From Licmophora abbreviata (taxonomy: Eukaryota): a DNA stretch of 50,369 nt. The translations under genes and the position numbers were made by a program. The DNA lies in the NCBI GenBank assembly GCA_900291995.1, contig OLMU01000154.1, positions 1-50,369 on the forward strand, written 5' to 3'. The notes below the pieces were generated by a model. That model did not search any database. It had not been told where the DNA came from and saw only the letters and a list, made by a program, of their open reading frames with translations. Of this stretch, positions 10,549 through 22,177 are shown piece after piece. The stretch's first letter is position 1. The number at the start of each line of letters is the position of its first letter.

Positions 10549-13500
10549 TCACAACTTTGTCAACTTGTCGTTCAGCTCGCGGATCTTTTCGTCGCTCTCT
10601 GGGGATCGCCACGAGCCGTGTTTGAAAAAGATCTTGAAAGCTTTCTTCATGTTCAATGGGATCTCTGTTGAAGCGTTGCTCTCTCCGAGGGGAGGAACCT
10701 GTTCGCCATTTCGTAAAGCATCAAGAATGGTATCGGCGCGTTCGACGACTCCCTTTCGAAGGCCAGCCATTTTCGCACAGACCAAGCCAGCGGATGAGCT
10801 AGAGACCCCATCTTCCAACTTGAAGAGAGGTGCAGGGTCATCGTCGGTGCTGGAGCTCGGGAGGTGAACCGCCATACGAAGTGCCTTGATACCGCCCTGT
10901 CCATCCTTTAGGATACCGAGCGAGAATATTTCTAGAAAATGTGTGGTGCAAATGACGTTGCACTTGATCATGGCCAGTTTTCCTAGAGCAGCCGAGAGCA
11001 CGGCAATACCAGACGAGGGACTTGTTCCTACAGACGACGACGACGATCATTTGAGGATCACGAAATTTAGAAGTCGACAAGTCACTGTCCGGACGCTTAC
11101 CTTTTCCAAACTCGTCAATGAGGACAAGTGACTTTTCAGATGCACGGCGAAGAATTGTGCCCATCTGGGTTAGATCAAGCTGGAAGCTGCTTTGTGGTAC
11201 GGCGCATGTTTCAAGTGAGTTGATTCGTGTAAGAATCTGTTCTGTGATGGAAATTCTTGCACTCTCACACGGGAGGAAACAACCGATGTGTGCCATGTAC
11301 ACCAAAATTCCAACCTGCCGCGTGTAGCAGCTCTTTCCACTGAAGTTTGGCCCCGTAAGAACATTCACTTGGCTGCGTTCATCAATGTGCGAGTTGTTTG
11401 GAACATATTCGGTCTCGCTAATGAGTTCCTGGAGAGGGTGTCTACCCTTGGTGATGTGGATGATCGACTGGCTAGCTTCAACCACAGTTGGTCGAACGAA
11501 GCAAAGATCGGCGGAACAGTCCGCGAAGGCAAGAATCACGTCAAGCTCCGCCAGGGCAGTGAAGGTCTCGCGAAGCTCGGTTTCGCAGTCGAGAATATCG
11601 TCTTCCAGCTCGCTGACAATCATGCTTTCAGTATCCTTGATGAAAGCGTCCAGGTCACCATACTGGTCGTCGAGCGCTTCCATATCAGCATTCTTGAAGT
11701 ACGCCTTGTCCTCGTGAATACAGATACATTTTAGCTCTGGAGGGAGCCCCGGAAATTCATTCGTGTCTTCATTGTGGCTGTGCTGCCGCTTGTCGAGTGC
11801 AACGAGGAAGCCAACCTAGTTCGCTCGAAGGAGGGAGACGTGGATTAGTTATGCGATTGCACGAACAGTACGATGGCACAAGCTCCGCCAAGATTCGGTC
11901 GTACCTGCGGCATAAACATAACATGCAACTCCTTGATCACGTGACGGTACTGGTGAAGAATGTTTCTTCCCACGGATGACAGCGTTTCTGTATCGTAAGA
12001 AGGTTAGTATCAGTCGTCGACGCCAGAACTATACAATACAACTACCGTTGCAACTCACCATCGAGGTGTTCGTATGTCTCCTTCGCTGCATCGAGCTCCT
12101 CGTGAAATCCGATCGAGATGACGACGGTCTCTTTCAGTTCCAACGTCATGGGCTCATCGACAATTGACGCTATTCGCTTTTGGACGTCACGCAATACTGT
12201 GACATAGCAACGCTGAACGATGCTTTCGATAAACGCACGGTATCCCTCGACTTTGGTCGCAAGAGGCTCCTCCTCTGGAGTAGCTTGATCGAGCGCCTCG
12301 TCGCCGCTGACGTTCAAGAATCGTAAAAAGTCATTCACGAGCGTGCCGCATATGTCCAAGGCCGCTGACAGCGTCTGTTCCAGCACAATGAAGTCTGTTG
12401 GTGTGGTGTGGCATTTCTGCATGCGAAGAAGAATCTTGTCAACGGCTCCAATACTGTCAAGTAGATCGAGCAGTCCTCCGACGGAAGCTTGAAACTCCGT
12501 CCGAAGGAACAGTTCGACCCCATATTGACGCTCTGCGATTGCCTTCGGATCCAAGAGTGGTTTGAGCATCCACTCCTTGAGACATCGCTTGCCTCCTTTG
12601 CTCCTAGTCCGATCCAGTAGCGAAAAGAGACTGAAGCCTTCCTTGCTGTGTCCGTGTCCTTTCGCCATAAGAGGATGATGCTCGGTCGTGAAAATGTGCA
12701 GAGCATCGAGTGCTCCTGGACTGAAGCGCATAAACATGGACGAGTCGGCATATTTGATCGTGTTGACAGTTATGGTTCCTCCCTCTTCCAGCCGAAATAG
12801 TGTCGACTGAAGGTATGATAACAGTGACCCCAATGCTTTGACCATAACTTGCGAATCAAAGTCGACGACTGCTGCCAGTGAGTGATACGATGAGACGCCG
12901 AAGCCTCCTCGGGATCCTGCTTTCAGAAAGCTCCGGTCCCGCTGATGTACGCCCTGATACAAGGCATCACCGGCACCGCGATCTTGAGGCGACGGGCCGG
13001 CACGCCCTCGTAGTAGAGAGAGAACGCGCAGCTGGTGAACAATCATTGCTTTGCAACGCCGTTGGTCGAAGGCTCCTGATTTCAGCAGACGATATGGTGT
13101 GGGACCAACACGCTTCCGTTGCGTGGACCTGATACTGCCTGGCGTCTGAGGTGCGGCCGAGCGGTCGCCAGTCGGGTTGGCAGTCATTGGACTCGTGAGA
13201 AGCTGAAGAAGCGGAGCATTTCCTGCAATCTGGTTCCCGACGAGAATGAGGTTCGGTCGAGCGACGGCGAGAAAGCGTTCGACCACTTCCTCCGTGTCAT
13301 AGCCGTTCGCGTAGCTCTGTTCTAAAAGGATGTCATTGCGCTCTTCGTCGTAGCACGCGAACGCGATTTGTGCTCCCTCCACCACTACAGAAACGCACGT
13401 AATTGAATCCTCCATGTCTGGAGCTTCCATCCTGACGTCTTGGTCGTCAGCTGTAATGATGGCATTGGCGTCGCGACGGAGAGACGACGCGGCACTTGCA

Positions 13501-13571
13501 CGAGCGGAGGCAACGGACGAGCATGCCGATCGAAGCCCTCTTGTGACGCTCGTAACAGTCGCTCGGCTCAT
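10549..13571 (-). CDS. MSH5: MutS homolog 5 (meiotic crossover factor), 4 exons
   Basis: Motifs ALHIF..EHHP, KEGFSLFSLLD, GRHPLQE, P-loop GPNFSGKS, SSFQLDL, IDEFGKGT and THFLE; no mismatch-binding N-domain. Exons 13571-12059, 11987-11905, 11815-11101 and 11027-10549. The start codon is less certain. Confidence 0.9.
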
Positions 13572-13710
13572 GGGGATTCGTCCAATGTAAGAAATGACAC
13601 AGTTTTGGTCGATGTTCCAGAAGTTCAAGGGCGATGTAATGCGTCGACGAGGATTGAAAGAAGGATGAAGGGTGTGCCCGGGTGCATTTCGGTTTTGTCG
13701 GTGGCAAGTT

Positions 13711-13724
13711 TTTTGGCGCGCCAA
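13711..13724. promoter_or_regulatory. Candidate E2F-type site upstream of MSH5
   Basis: TTTTGGCGCGCCAA matches TTTSSCGC and is near-palindromic; it lies about 140 bp upstream of the MSH5 ATG. Confidence 0.4.
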
Positions 13725-13941
13725 CTTTTTCGACTTCGGTGTTCGCACGTGTCGTCACCAGCACGAAATGCTATTCCACTTCCAGCCACACACCATCATA
13801 CACATCGATCGATTGGTATGATACCGTGCTTAATGCTCAAAAGGGTCTAACATATCAGCCTTGTGCGACTTTCGAGCATACGCACTCGACAGCGAGCGTA
13901 TGAGTTGTTGCACAGTATAGCTAACATGTCTTAGTACAAAC

Positions 13942-15266
13942 TTATTGCTGACTTGGCGGATACATGTCGAAGGAAAACTCATCGAACGTACAATGTTCAA
14001 CATCTTGATCCCTCTGTATCTCCTGTAGTGGTCGAAAGTTCTCTCCTGTGGAACCAGCACTGGTATCTTCGGCGCACGTCGAACTCTTTGAAGCCTTTAC
14101 TAGCCCCGCCAATTGCTTGAACTGCCGACGAGAAATTTGCCTACGTTACAAGGAGAGATGTAAGTTACAAGAAAACTTCAAACGACGGGAGAGTCCACGT
14201 TTTGCGAAATATAAGACAACTTACATTGGAACATCAAGGATACGCCAGTTGACAAGTGATGAGCACGGTGGCGTCGTGAGAGACCCTGAATAGCCGTAAT
14301 ACCAGATTGACGGCCATAGGTTGTACGGATACTGCTTCCTGCGCGGACCAAAGGGCTCGCAGCCGGCGCCAAACCTGTCTGGTTTGCAAACAAGCTGGTC
14401 CCGTCGATGACTTCCAAACTCTTCGTCCATATCACTCGCACCGTGCAGGTTAGTCCACTCCACGTCAAATTCAAGATTGGTTTGCCGTGACAATCGTCTG
14501 TTGCGAGCTCGGTTGCGACGAAGAGCGGTGGCGCAATCTGCGCTCTCGTCGCTGGCGACTTGCTGCCATGCACCGATCAAAGCCTGAGCATCTGCATTCT
14601 CCTCTCGTCCATTCCCTTCAACCATGATACTCACAATGGCCATCTCATCCGAGAAGCCGCCCCTTCCTGTATGTACCATTTGAAGCTCGGCGTCATATCG
14701 ACGACCGTCCACCACATGCTCCGCGCGCACATGAAGTTCCATAAAGGCGAGAACGAAGGGACCATCCACGCCATTCAGTAAAATTCTGGGAGGCCGGCAT
14801 GAGGCATCATTATCAGACGGAAAGTAGGCACGGAGTCCATGCGGTGTAATGTCGAATGTCAAGTCTTCTTGTTTGCAATCACTTTCTTGAATCTGGCGAG
14901 TCAGGATTTCACGATTGTCTTGGCAAGGCATCGTGGGGAAAAGAGTGATTGGTGATGGCCGCGCCTCCCTCCCGCATCGATTTTCAGACAGATCCAACAT
15001 GGGATACTGTACCCATTCGGAGCCCGAGACGTCAACCTCTCCCCAGTTCTGAGGACTACGTGCGTATGGAGTGCAGAGGTGAGTTACACGGCGGGATCAG
15101 TGGCGCTCAAGAGCGTTCAATAATCGAGGAACTCATGTGATGCTCACCCAGCTTCTGAAGTTGGATCATAACTGAAATCAAGACGATACGAATCCTGCCA
15201 TTGCGCATTGATGCCCCCAACAGTCAGCGCTGCGATAACCAGCCCAGTACGGTGAAATGATGCCAT
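13942..15266 (-). CDS. Secreted alpha-carbonic anhydrase-like protein, 3 exons
   Basis: Signal peptide MASFHRTGLVIAALTVGGINA; motifs GPQNWG, PSPI, AEHVVDG, AELQMVH, YSGSLTTPPC and NFRPLQ. Exons 15266-15148, 15055-14225 and 14140-13942. Confidence 0.88.
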
Positions 15267-15693
15267 CGTTCGGTCTTTTCAGGTATCGCGTGTATCTTTA
15301 CGATGGTAGATACGTTGTGCGTCCACGCTACTGAGGGGGATAAGGAGACAAGTGGCTCCGTCGGTTGCCCTTGAAGGGTGTGGCCCTGTGTGACTTGTAA
15401 AGTGGCAACAAGTTAACAAGTCGTGTAAGGGAAAAAAGTGAGAGCAAATTCCTGGCTCGGCCGGCGCGAGACCCCACGCACGACAGATGCACGAAGTCAC
15501 TTTTCGTAGATTCTACAGGATGACGAGTACCAAGTACCAAAAGCATGAGCTATTTGTATACAAAAAAGAGACAGAGCTCGGAATGGGCTTTGAGCGTCAA
15601 TCAGCTCCACTCAGCACGTCTCACGCATAACGTGGATCATCCTTCATCCCTCATCATTCGGCAGCACTTCTCTCCGTCCATCAAACGACGACC

Positions 15694-17387
15694 ATGTCGC
15701 AACCTACGAGCGGTCTTCCCTCTCAGGGAGGCATTCAAAATACTGCCACCGGCGTGGAGGTTATGGATTTGACGGCAGATTCGCAGCTGGAACGACAGAA
15801 GCACGAGGCCCTGCTCGTCGAGCTCGAGGCCAAGAAGAGAGCCTTTTCCGTCGACGTTCCGACGCTTCCTCATGATGTAAGGAACGATCTACGTCAGTTA
15901 GGACAGCCTGTTCGCTTGTTCGGCGAGAATCTGGCCGATGTGCGAGATCGACTTCGAATAGAACTTGCGCGACGACAAGTATTGGAGGAAGGGGGGATTT
16001 CGGCTGCGACCCGTGCACAAGCCGAGGAAGAAGCAGCACGGGCAAAGGAGGACGAAGAAGAAGTCACCAAGTACACCAGGGCGCCCCCGAAGCTAGTGGA
16101 AGCCCGTAACCGGATCACAGAATTCTCTCTGAAGCGAGCGCAGGAGCGTCTCAATGTCGAGCGACGGCGACGTGCGGGCGCGAAACGAAAACTTGGCATG
16201 CTATTGCAATCTTCGGGGTCAACTGCAACCGTAGTTCCGGCGGAAGCGTCCGATGATATGAACGATGAGTCCATGGTGGAAGTGGGTCGTCTTGATGACC
16301 ATTGCTCTAAACTATACAAGTCTATTCGATCCTACGGGCTCGAAGGATCACAGTATGGAGATGCACGGGCTCTCTCTACAATCTGCACATCACGCTCACT
16401 CGTTGGAGGCATCCCCGTCATCGCTACCGCCAGTTGGAGTGGGACCATCAAATTATGGGACGGCAGCTCTTCACAGCTAGATTTTATCTCGGAAAAGACC
16501 TTGGCTCACGAAGATCGTATCATGGGCATGGCCCTGCAGACGCACCGTGACCCGGCCACGAGTGTCGCGTCAACAATGGCGGCGACTACATCCATCGACT
16601 TGTCGGCCAAACTGTGGCGTATCCAGTTGGATGATAATACCATGTCCGATGGAGACTCGACTCCAAAATTGCAGATTTCCGAGGCGGTGCATCTCAAAGG
16701 GCACGCTGCCCGCCTTTGCCGAGTAGCTTTCCACCCAATGGGCGGTCACGTGGCGACGACCAGCTTCGACCACACCTGGCGTCTCTGGGACATTGAAACT
16801 GGCGGGACTGAGATTCTACTGCAGGATGGACATTGGAAGGAGACTTATGGAATCGGCTTTCATCCGGATGGATCGCTCTGCGCAACGACTGACTTCGGCG
16901 GAGTAGTGCACGTCTGGGATCTTCGGACGGGAAAATCTGTTTGCCACTTTTTGGTAAGCTCCAATTTTCTGTTGCAATTCTGGGATTGTTGTATCCATCT
17001 TTCTCACCCTCTATCTCTTGTGCCTCCTCATCTTAGGGTCACGCAAAGCGCGTCTTGTGTTCGGAGTTCTGCCCGAGCGGATTTCAGTTGGCGACTGCCG
17101 GCGATGATGGCACCGTCAAGGTTTGGGACCTACGACGGCGAAAGCAGGCTGCTTCGATACCAGCACATTCGAGTCTGATTACACAATTGCGGTTCGCCAA
17201 TACTGAAAACAATGGAGAGTATCTGGCGTCGAGCTCTTTTGACGGCACTGCTAAGATATGGTCGAGTAGGGACTGGAAGCTCCTGTCGACGCTGCGGGGG
17301 CATGAGGGCAAGGTGATGGGGATTGATGTGTTAAACGATAGCGTCGTCACAAGTGGATATGATAAGACGCTAAAGGTATGGCGCTAA
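15694..17387 (+). CDS. PRP4: U4/U6 snRNP WD40 protein Prp4, 2 exons
   Basis: SFM/PRP4 motif VRNDLRQLGQPVRLFGE..ADVRDRL followed by WD repeats (DHTWRLWD, VWDLRTG, VKVWDLR). Intron 16954-17036. Confidence 0.93.
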
Positions 17388-17748
17388 AAGAGAACGCAAT
17401 CGTTAACATCTCTCGCTTTTGAGTCTGCTAAAGACGACCAGCTGCCTCTCAAAGTAGCTCTAGATATCTCAAGCTGCGGCTAAGCCAAGACGTGTATGCG
17501 CCACGCGCTCCTGATGCGCGCGCGCCTCTCGGTTCAAGTCATTTCGCCCATGGCGGCTGTGATGCGTTGTGCGTTGTCCTTCTGACAAACACCAAACTCC
17601 AACCTTTGCATCCCTCCTCCCCTCATAAACTTTCCGTTCACGTTGTCCGCCATTTCTCTCGAACTGGCTCATAGAGCGTTGTAAGCAGTTGAAACAAAAT
17701 CTGTGAAGTTGGGAATCGAAACGAAATAAATCTCAATTTATCTTGATC

Positions 17749-20700
17749 ATGTCCGACGAGAAAGGTATCCTCGCCAATGATGATGCCCCAAACGGTGCGA
17801 TTTCAGACCCCCTGCGCGACGCCGCGAGTGAAAACGCATCAGTGGTTGACAGTGAAAGAACTGAGGAGTTTCCAGCTGCTGAAGTAAGCGAGAAAGAATC
17901 CGACGACACAAATGAGAACGTTGGATTTCATCCTGCGAGAAAACTTGAGCTTCAGAGTATCCTCTTCGAGAATTTAAGCAAAGGTTTCACCGAGCTCCGC
18001 AACCGCCACCTAGGCGAGCATGAAGACTCCAACATTTCACCCTCGAGGTCCTCTTTTCTGTCGGTGAACTTCATTGATACCACGAGTGGTGTCAGTGCAA
18101 CTTCAGCTTCGCCTCAGAAATTCAGTCTGCTTGGTCAGAGGGGCAGCAAAGCCACAACTAGCGAGACAACTCTTTCCTTGAACCTGTACGAGAAGTTCAG
18201 CAGAATATTTGAGCGAGAGTTTGCGTGTACTCTTCAGGCGGTCGCGTACGAGAATGTTCGCAATGGAGCCGCGGGTGTGGTGGAAAAGCTGCGGATTCGA
18301 CCGGTGTTGGCCAACAGGGAAAACGCACCTTCGACGCTAGCCCCAGAGGGAGATCCAGCTGAGTGGCACAATGGGGCATATTGTCATGTTTATATCGCTG
18401 CCTGTGAAAGTATGGAACACTACCGAGGAAAGGTTCGACCTTCGCTGCAAGCATTTGTGAGTCAAATTGGAGGACCGGCGACGAGCGGGCTGGCCGCCTC
18501 ACTGCCTCGGAGAAACAGTCTCGATGACTCGTCCTCGCTTCATGGGAATTTCAGCCCTCATTTCGTTGTGGTGTATGTGCCGGTAGGTGCGAAGCATTCG
18601 ACTGTGGCCTCGTCTTCTGAAGGGACAGCAACTCGTGTTGGAGCGGCATTTGCCTCGCGTATGGCCGCGGCGCGGCGACAGCTTCAACATACTGGGTCCA
18701 GAGATTTTAGCAGCGACTCGGTTCACAGTCAAGCCACGAACGGTACTGATGGAACTGACTCAGAATTAGATTCGTCAGAGCTGCCCGCTGATTTGCCACA
18801 GGGGCCGACGGTCAACGTATCCAAGATGGAGAAAGACATTTTCAAGAAGTTTGCGACTGACTTCCCCAATGGGAACGCCTGCATCATGTCCACACTACTA
18901 GACACAGACGAAAGCGACGCATGGGACGCAACGGAGAACTCGGTGAAGAGCCAAGAATGGAACACATTTCTTCGATTGCTCGGTGGGGCAGTTGCGAATG
19001 GATTCAAGGATCGTTGTCGGCGATACGACGAAGAGCTTCGCAGGTTGGACGCCCAAAGAGCGAGCGTAACAAATTCAAGCAGCCACTCCATATCATCGAT
19101 CGCAGTCGGCCGAAATCGATTCGATTTTAGCAATTTCTTTTGCGTAAAAGAAAGTCTCGCCTTTACCTACGAGCAGATGCAGATGCCAGCAGAGGCCCTC
19201 CTGCAGTACGAGGAGCTGCGTGCGTTCGTCCCAGAACTGGTTCCGGAGGACCGAGCAGGCAGCAATGAAAAGGCGAAGCAGCATAAACGGACCCCATCGT
19301 CGTCGTGGCGTAAGGCAGCTGACTTTGAAGACCAGACGATGCTGTATGCGGTGGCAGGGGATAGTACTGAGTTTCGCCGGAAGCTTAGGTCTTCCAAGAC
19401 TGTCGCCCCAGTTTCCCATGTTATTCTCCAGTACCTGTTTTCCCGTGAATCAAGCCTCCTCTTCCAGCTTGGTGACGCCGTTGAAATTGTGAAGCGATCT
19501 CGTGCTTTCGTAGGGACGTCGTACAAGAACAAGATAAAGAGCATCGATATGCAAGAGCCTCCTGCCGCTAGTGAGGATACTCTTGATCAGCGTTCCGAGG
19601 CTGAAGTCTGGGCGCTGAGCTGTTGCTGGCATATCAAGTGCGCTTGCGACAAATATTTCGCTTCCTTACAGACTGACGAACCCAAAATTGACCATCTTGC
19701 ACGAGAATCGGATGATGAGTTCAACTCTGAAATTGCAACCGATCGAAGCTCTGGAGGCACTGTTTCGCCTGAGGGTGTCCAGCGAACAGTCGTGTCGAAA
19801 ATAGACCTAGCCAGATCGATTGCTGAACTCCTTGAGTTTGCAAGGCTTCGCTTACTTACACTTGGCGACGTGAATCTATCGGGCGGGAATCCGGTAAGGG
19901 CTTTGCGCCGATCCCGACCAGATGATGTGGGCGAACCATGGGAGGCTTGGGAGGCGATAGAGACTCCCGCTGACGACATTTTGATGAGCAAAGGCGTTGG
20001 CACGGAGAAAGACCAACTTCCGAACGCTTTGCTGGATGGAGCTTTTGATTCAACAAGAGCCTACGAAGATTGCTACCTGAAGCTTGCATCCGCCCTGACT
20101 TATTTCGATGAATCCGCTGGACGTCATCGCTCCGCAGCCAAGATTCAAGGCGAATTAGCGGAAATCCTCATCAGAAGAGGGGACCGTCGATCTGCTGCTG
20201 ACATTCTCCTTTCGATCGTCGATGTGCCTGCGTCGGATCACTGGGATAGAGGGAACTTCTGGCTTCTTTTTCGCTTGGCCTGCTGTCAGCGGACTTTCAG
20301 GAATCCGGGTGACTACCTTAGGACGATCATTCGTTGCTTTGGTAGTCGATTGTCTCCAACACATCCTGCTCAGACGGCGGAGCTGCTTCAAAACGATCTC
20401 GAGGCCGTTGTTGAAGACGCAGAGATCGCTAAAGTCAGACTAGGTGTTGCTTGTTTTCTCGATGTCGAGATCAGTGTGGACTCACATTCAACAGGGAAAG
20501 CAACAGCGCCATTGGACTACATCCGAAAACGGGTGGCGAAAAGCTTCTGTGCTGTCGGAGAAACGATGCGACTCTCTCTGAACATCACTAGCCACCTTCC
20601 CAAGGCGATCGATATCGACAAGTTGGAAGTGTTCCTAGTTCCGTTCCAGGAGTTTGAATCATTTGTTAGAGAAAAGGGGCAAATCACGGACGATTTTGTG

Positions 20701-22091
20701 GAACTAACCGTTCGGTCTCCCATCACTGTCGTTCCTGGTTCGAGCAATTTCAGCGTAGATTGGACACCTATGAGTACTGGGCAGTATGTGGTCGCTACTG
20801 TTCAAATGCAATGGAAGGAGGCTTCATTTAGCTTCGACTGTGCGACCTTGCGCAGACACCTTACGGGAATTGACGTGTTGCCCAGTGATCCGACTCACAC
20901 GGTCGAAATAATCCCCTTTTTCTCATGCCCGGGCACGTGCAGCAAGTTCGCATTGTATTCCACGCAGGGTCCGACGTCATTCGATCTGGAAAGGTGCAGC
21001 TAGACTGCTCAAATGGATTGGCGGTGATTCCACCGGGAACTGTGCCAAACGAGACAGCCTGGGTGCAGTCCTGCCACATCGACTTGCCATCCTGTAGTCC
21101 GCAAGGAACCACCGTCCTCACGACGTATGTTAAGAGTGAGATCTTGTCTACGACTGACACATCAGTCAATACTATTCAAGACAACGGGGCCCAGAGTCTT
21201 GTCGTCAAGATTGCGACATCTTATCACCACAAGCTGATCGAACAGTCGCAACAAAGTGAGGAATCGCCTAGAATGAAGACTGTCCTGGAAGCGAGGGTAA
21301 CGACTCTTGATCGACCTGCTTTGACGATCGACGAAACTGATGTTGTCCCTATTGGAAACCGGAAATCGTTGCTCAGAGCTACGTTGCATTGCAATACGCC
21401 CGAACCGTTTTCTATAAAAGAATGGCAACTAACGCTTCCAAAGCTAAAAGTAACCGAAGAGGGAGACATGAATGGGGATATTCTCGATCAGTCCGTCGTT
21501 GAGGGCGATCAGATTGCGGTTGGATTTATATGTGAATATTCCAGCGATTCTTCTGAGCTCAGTATCCAGCCTCACCTGCGTATGGTACTGCAGGACCACT
21601 TCGGGAAGAGTTTTGAACAAATCTTAGCGCTGGATCTAGTCGACTTCTACGATCGAATGAAGACGAACAACGAGTTGGTTGTACCGAAATTGGTGACAGC
21701 CGAATTGCAGTGCTCTTCCATAGAGGGTCTCGTGGGAGCCCCTGTCGACCTAAAGTTTACCTTGCTCACGTCAGGGATCCCAGGATCGAGTGGCACGCGG
21801 CGGATTCATTACAGCGTCTCTAGTGATGCAGACTGGGTGGTCGGTGGCAAGGTGGAAGGTGAGCTGGGTTGCGACAAAGAGCGACTTTCCCTTGAATTCG
21901 TTGGGATCCCCACGCGTCCGGGTGTGCTCAGAACGTTCCCTGAGATATCCGTTACACTCGCATCGCCTGGACAAAAGCTGCCACTTGATTTACACTGTCG
22001 TGGCCCCGAGAGTTTCAAGTCGTTGTCGTTTGTCAATCACATGGCACTGGCCTGCCCAGTAGTCATCGACAAGCGCGCAGAGCGTGCATGA
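17749..22091 (+). CDS. TRAPPC10: TRAPP II subunit TRAPPC10/Trs130-like, with a frameshift near 20910-20922
   Basis: YCHVYIAACE..EHYR.KVR and FFCVKESLAFTYEQM..EALLQYEEL resemble the TRAPPC10 N-terminus; the C-terminus is beta-rich (DWVVGG, IPTRPGVL..P). The two overlapping ORFs join with a -1 shift. Confidence 0.75.
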
Positions 22092-22177
22092 CGCGGATAC
22101 TGTCGCCCAGAAATGTGTATACTGGTAGTGTTGAAGTCGTGTCATCAAAGAGAAGCTTCTTTATATCTCAAACTAGT

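Noticed and set aside
13572..13748. N-terminal extension of MSH5 from the ORF-track start at 13748
   Set aside because: It starts at GTG and overlaps a probable promoter; ATG 13571 is preferred.
16954..17178. C-terminal tail of the 494-aa PRP4 ORF
   Set aside because: It is intron read-through; splicing 16954-17036 restores the WD repeats.
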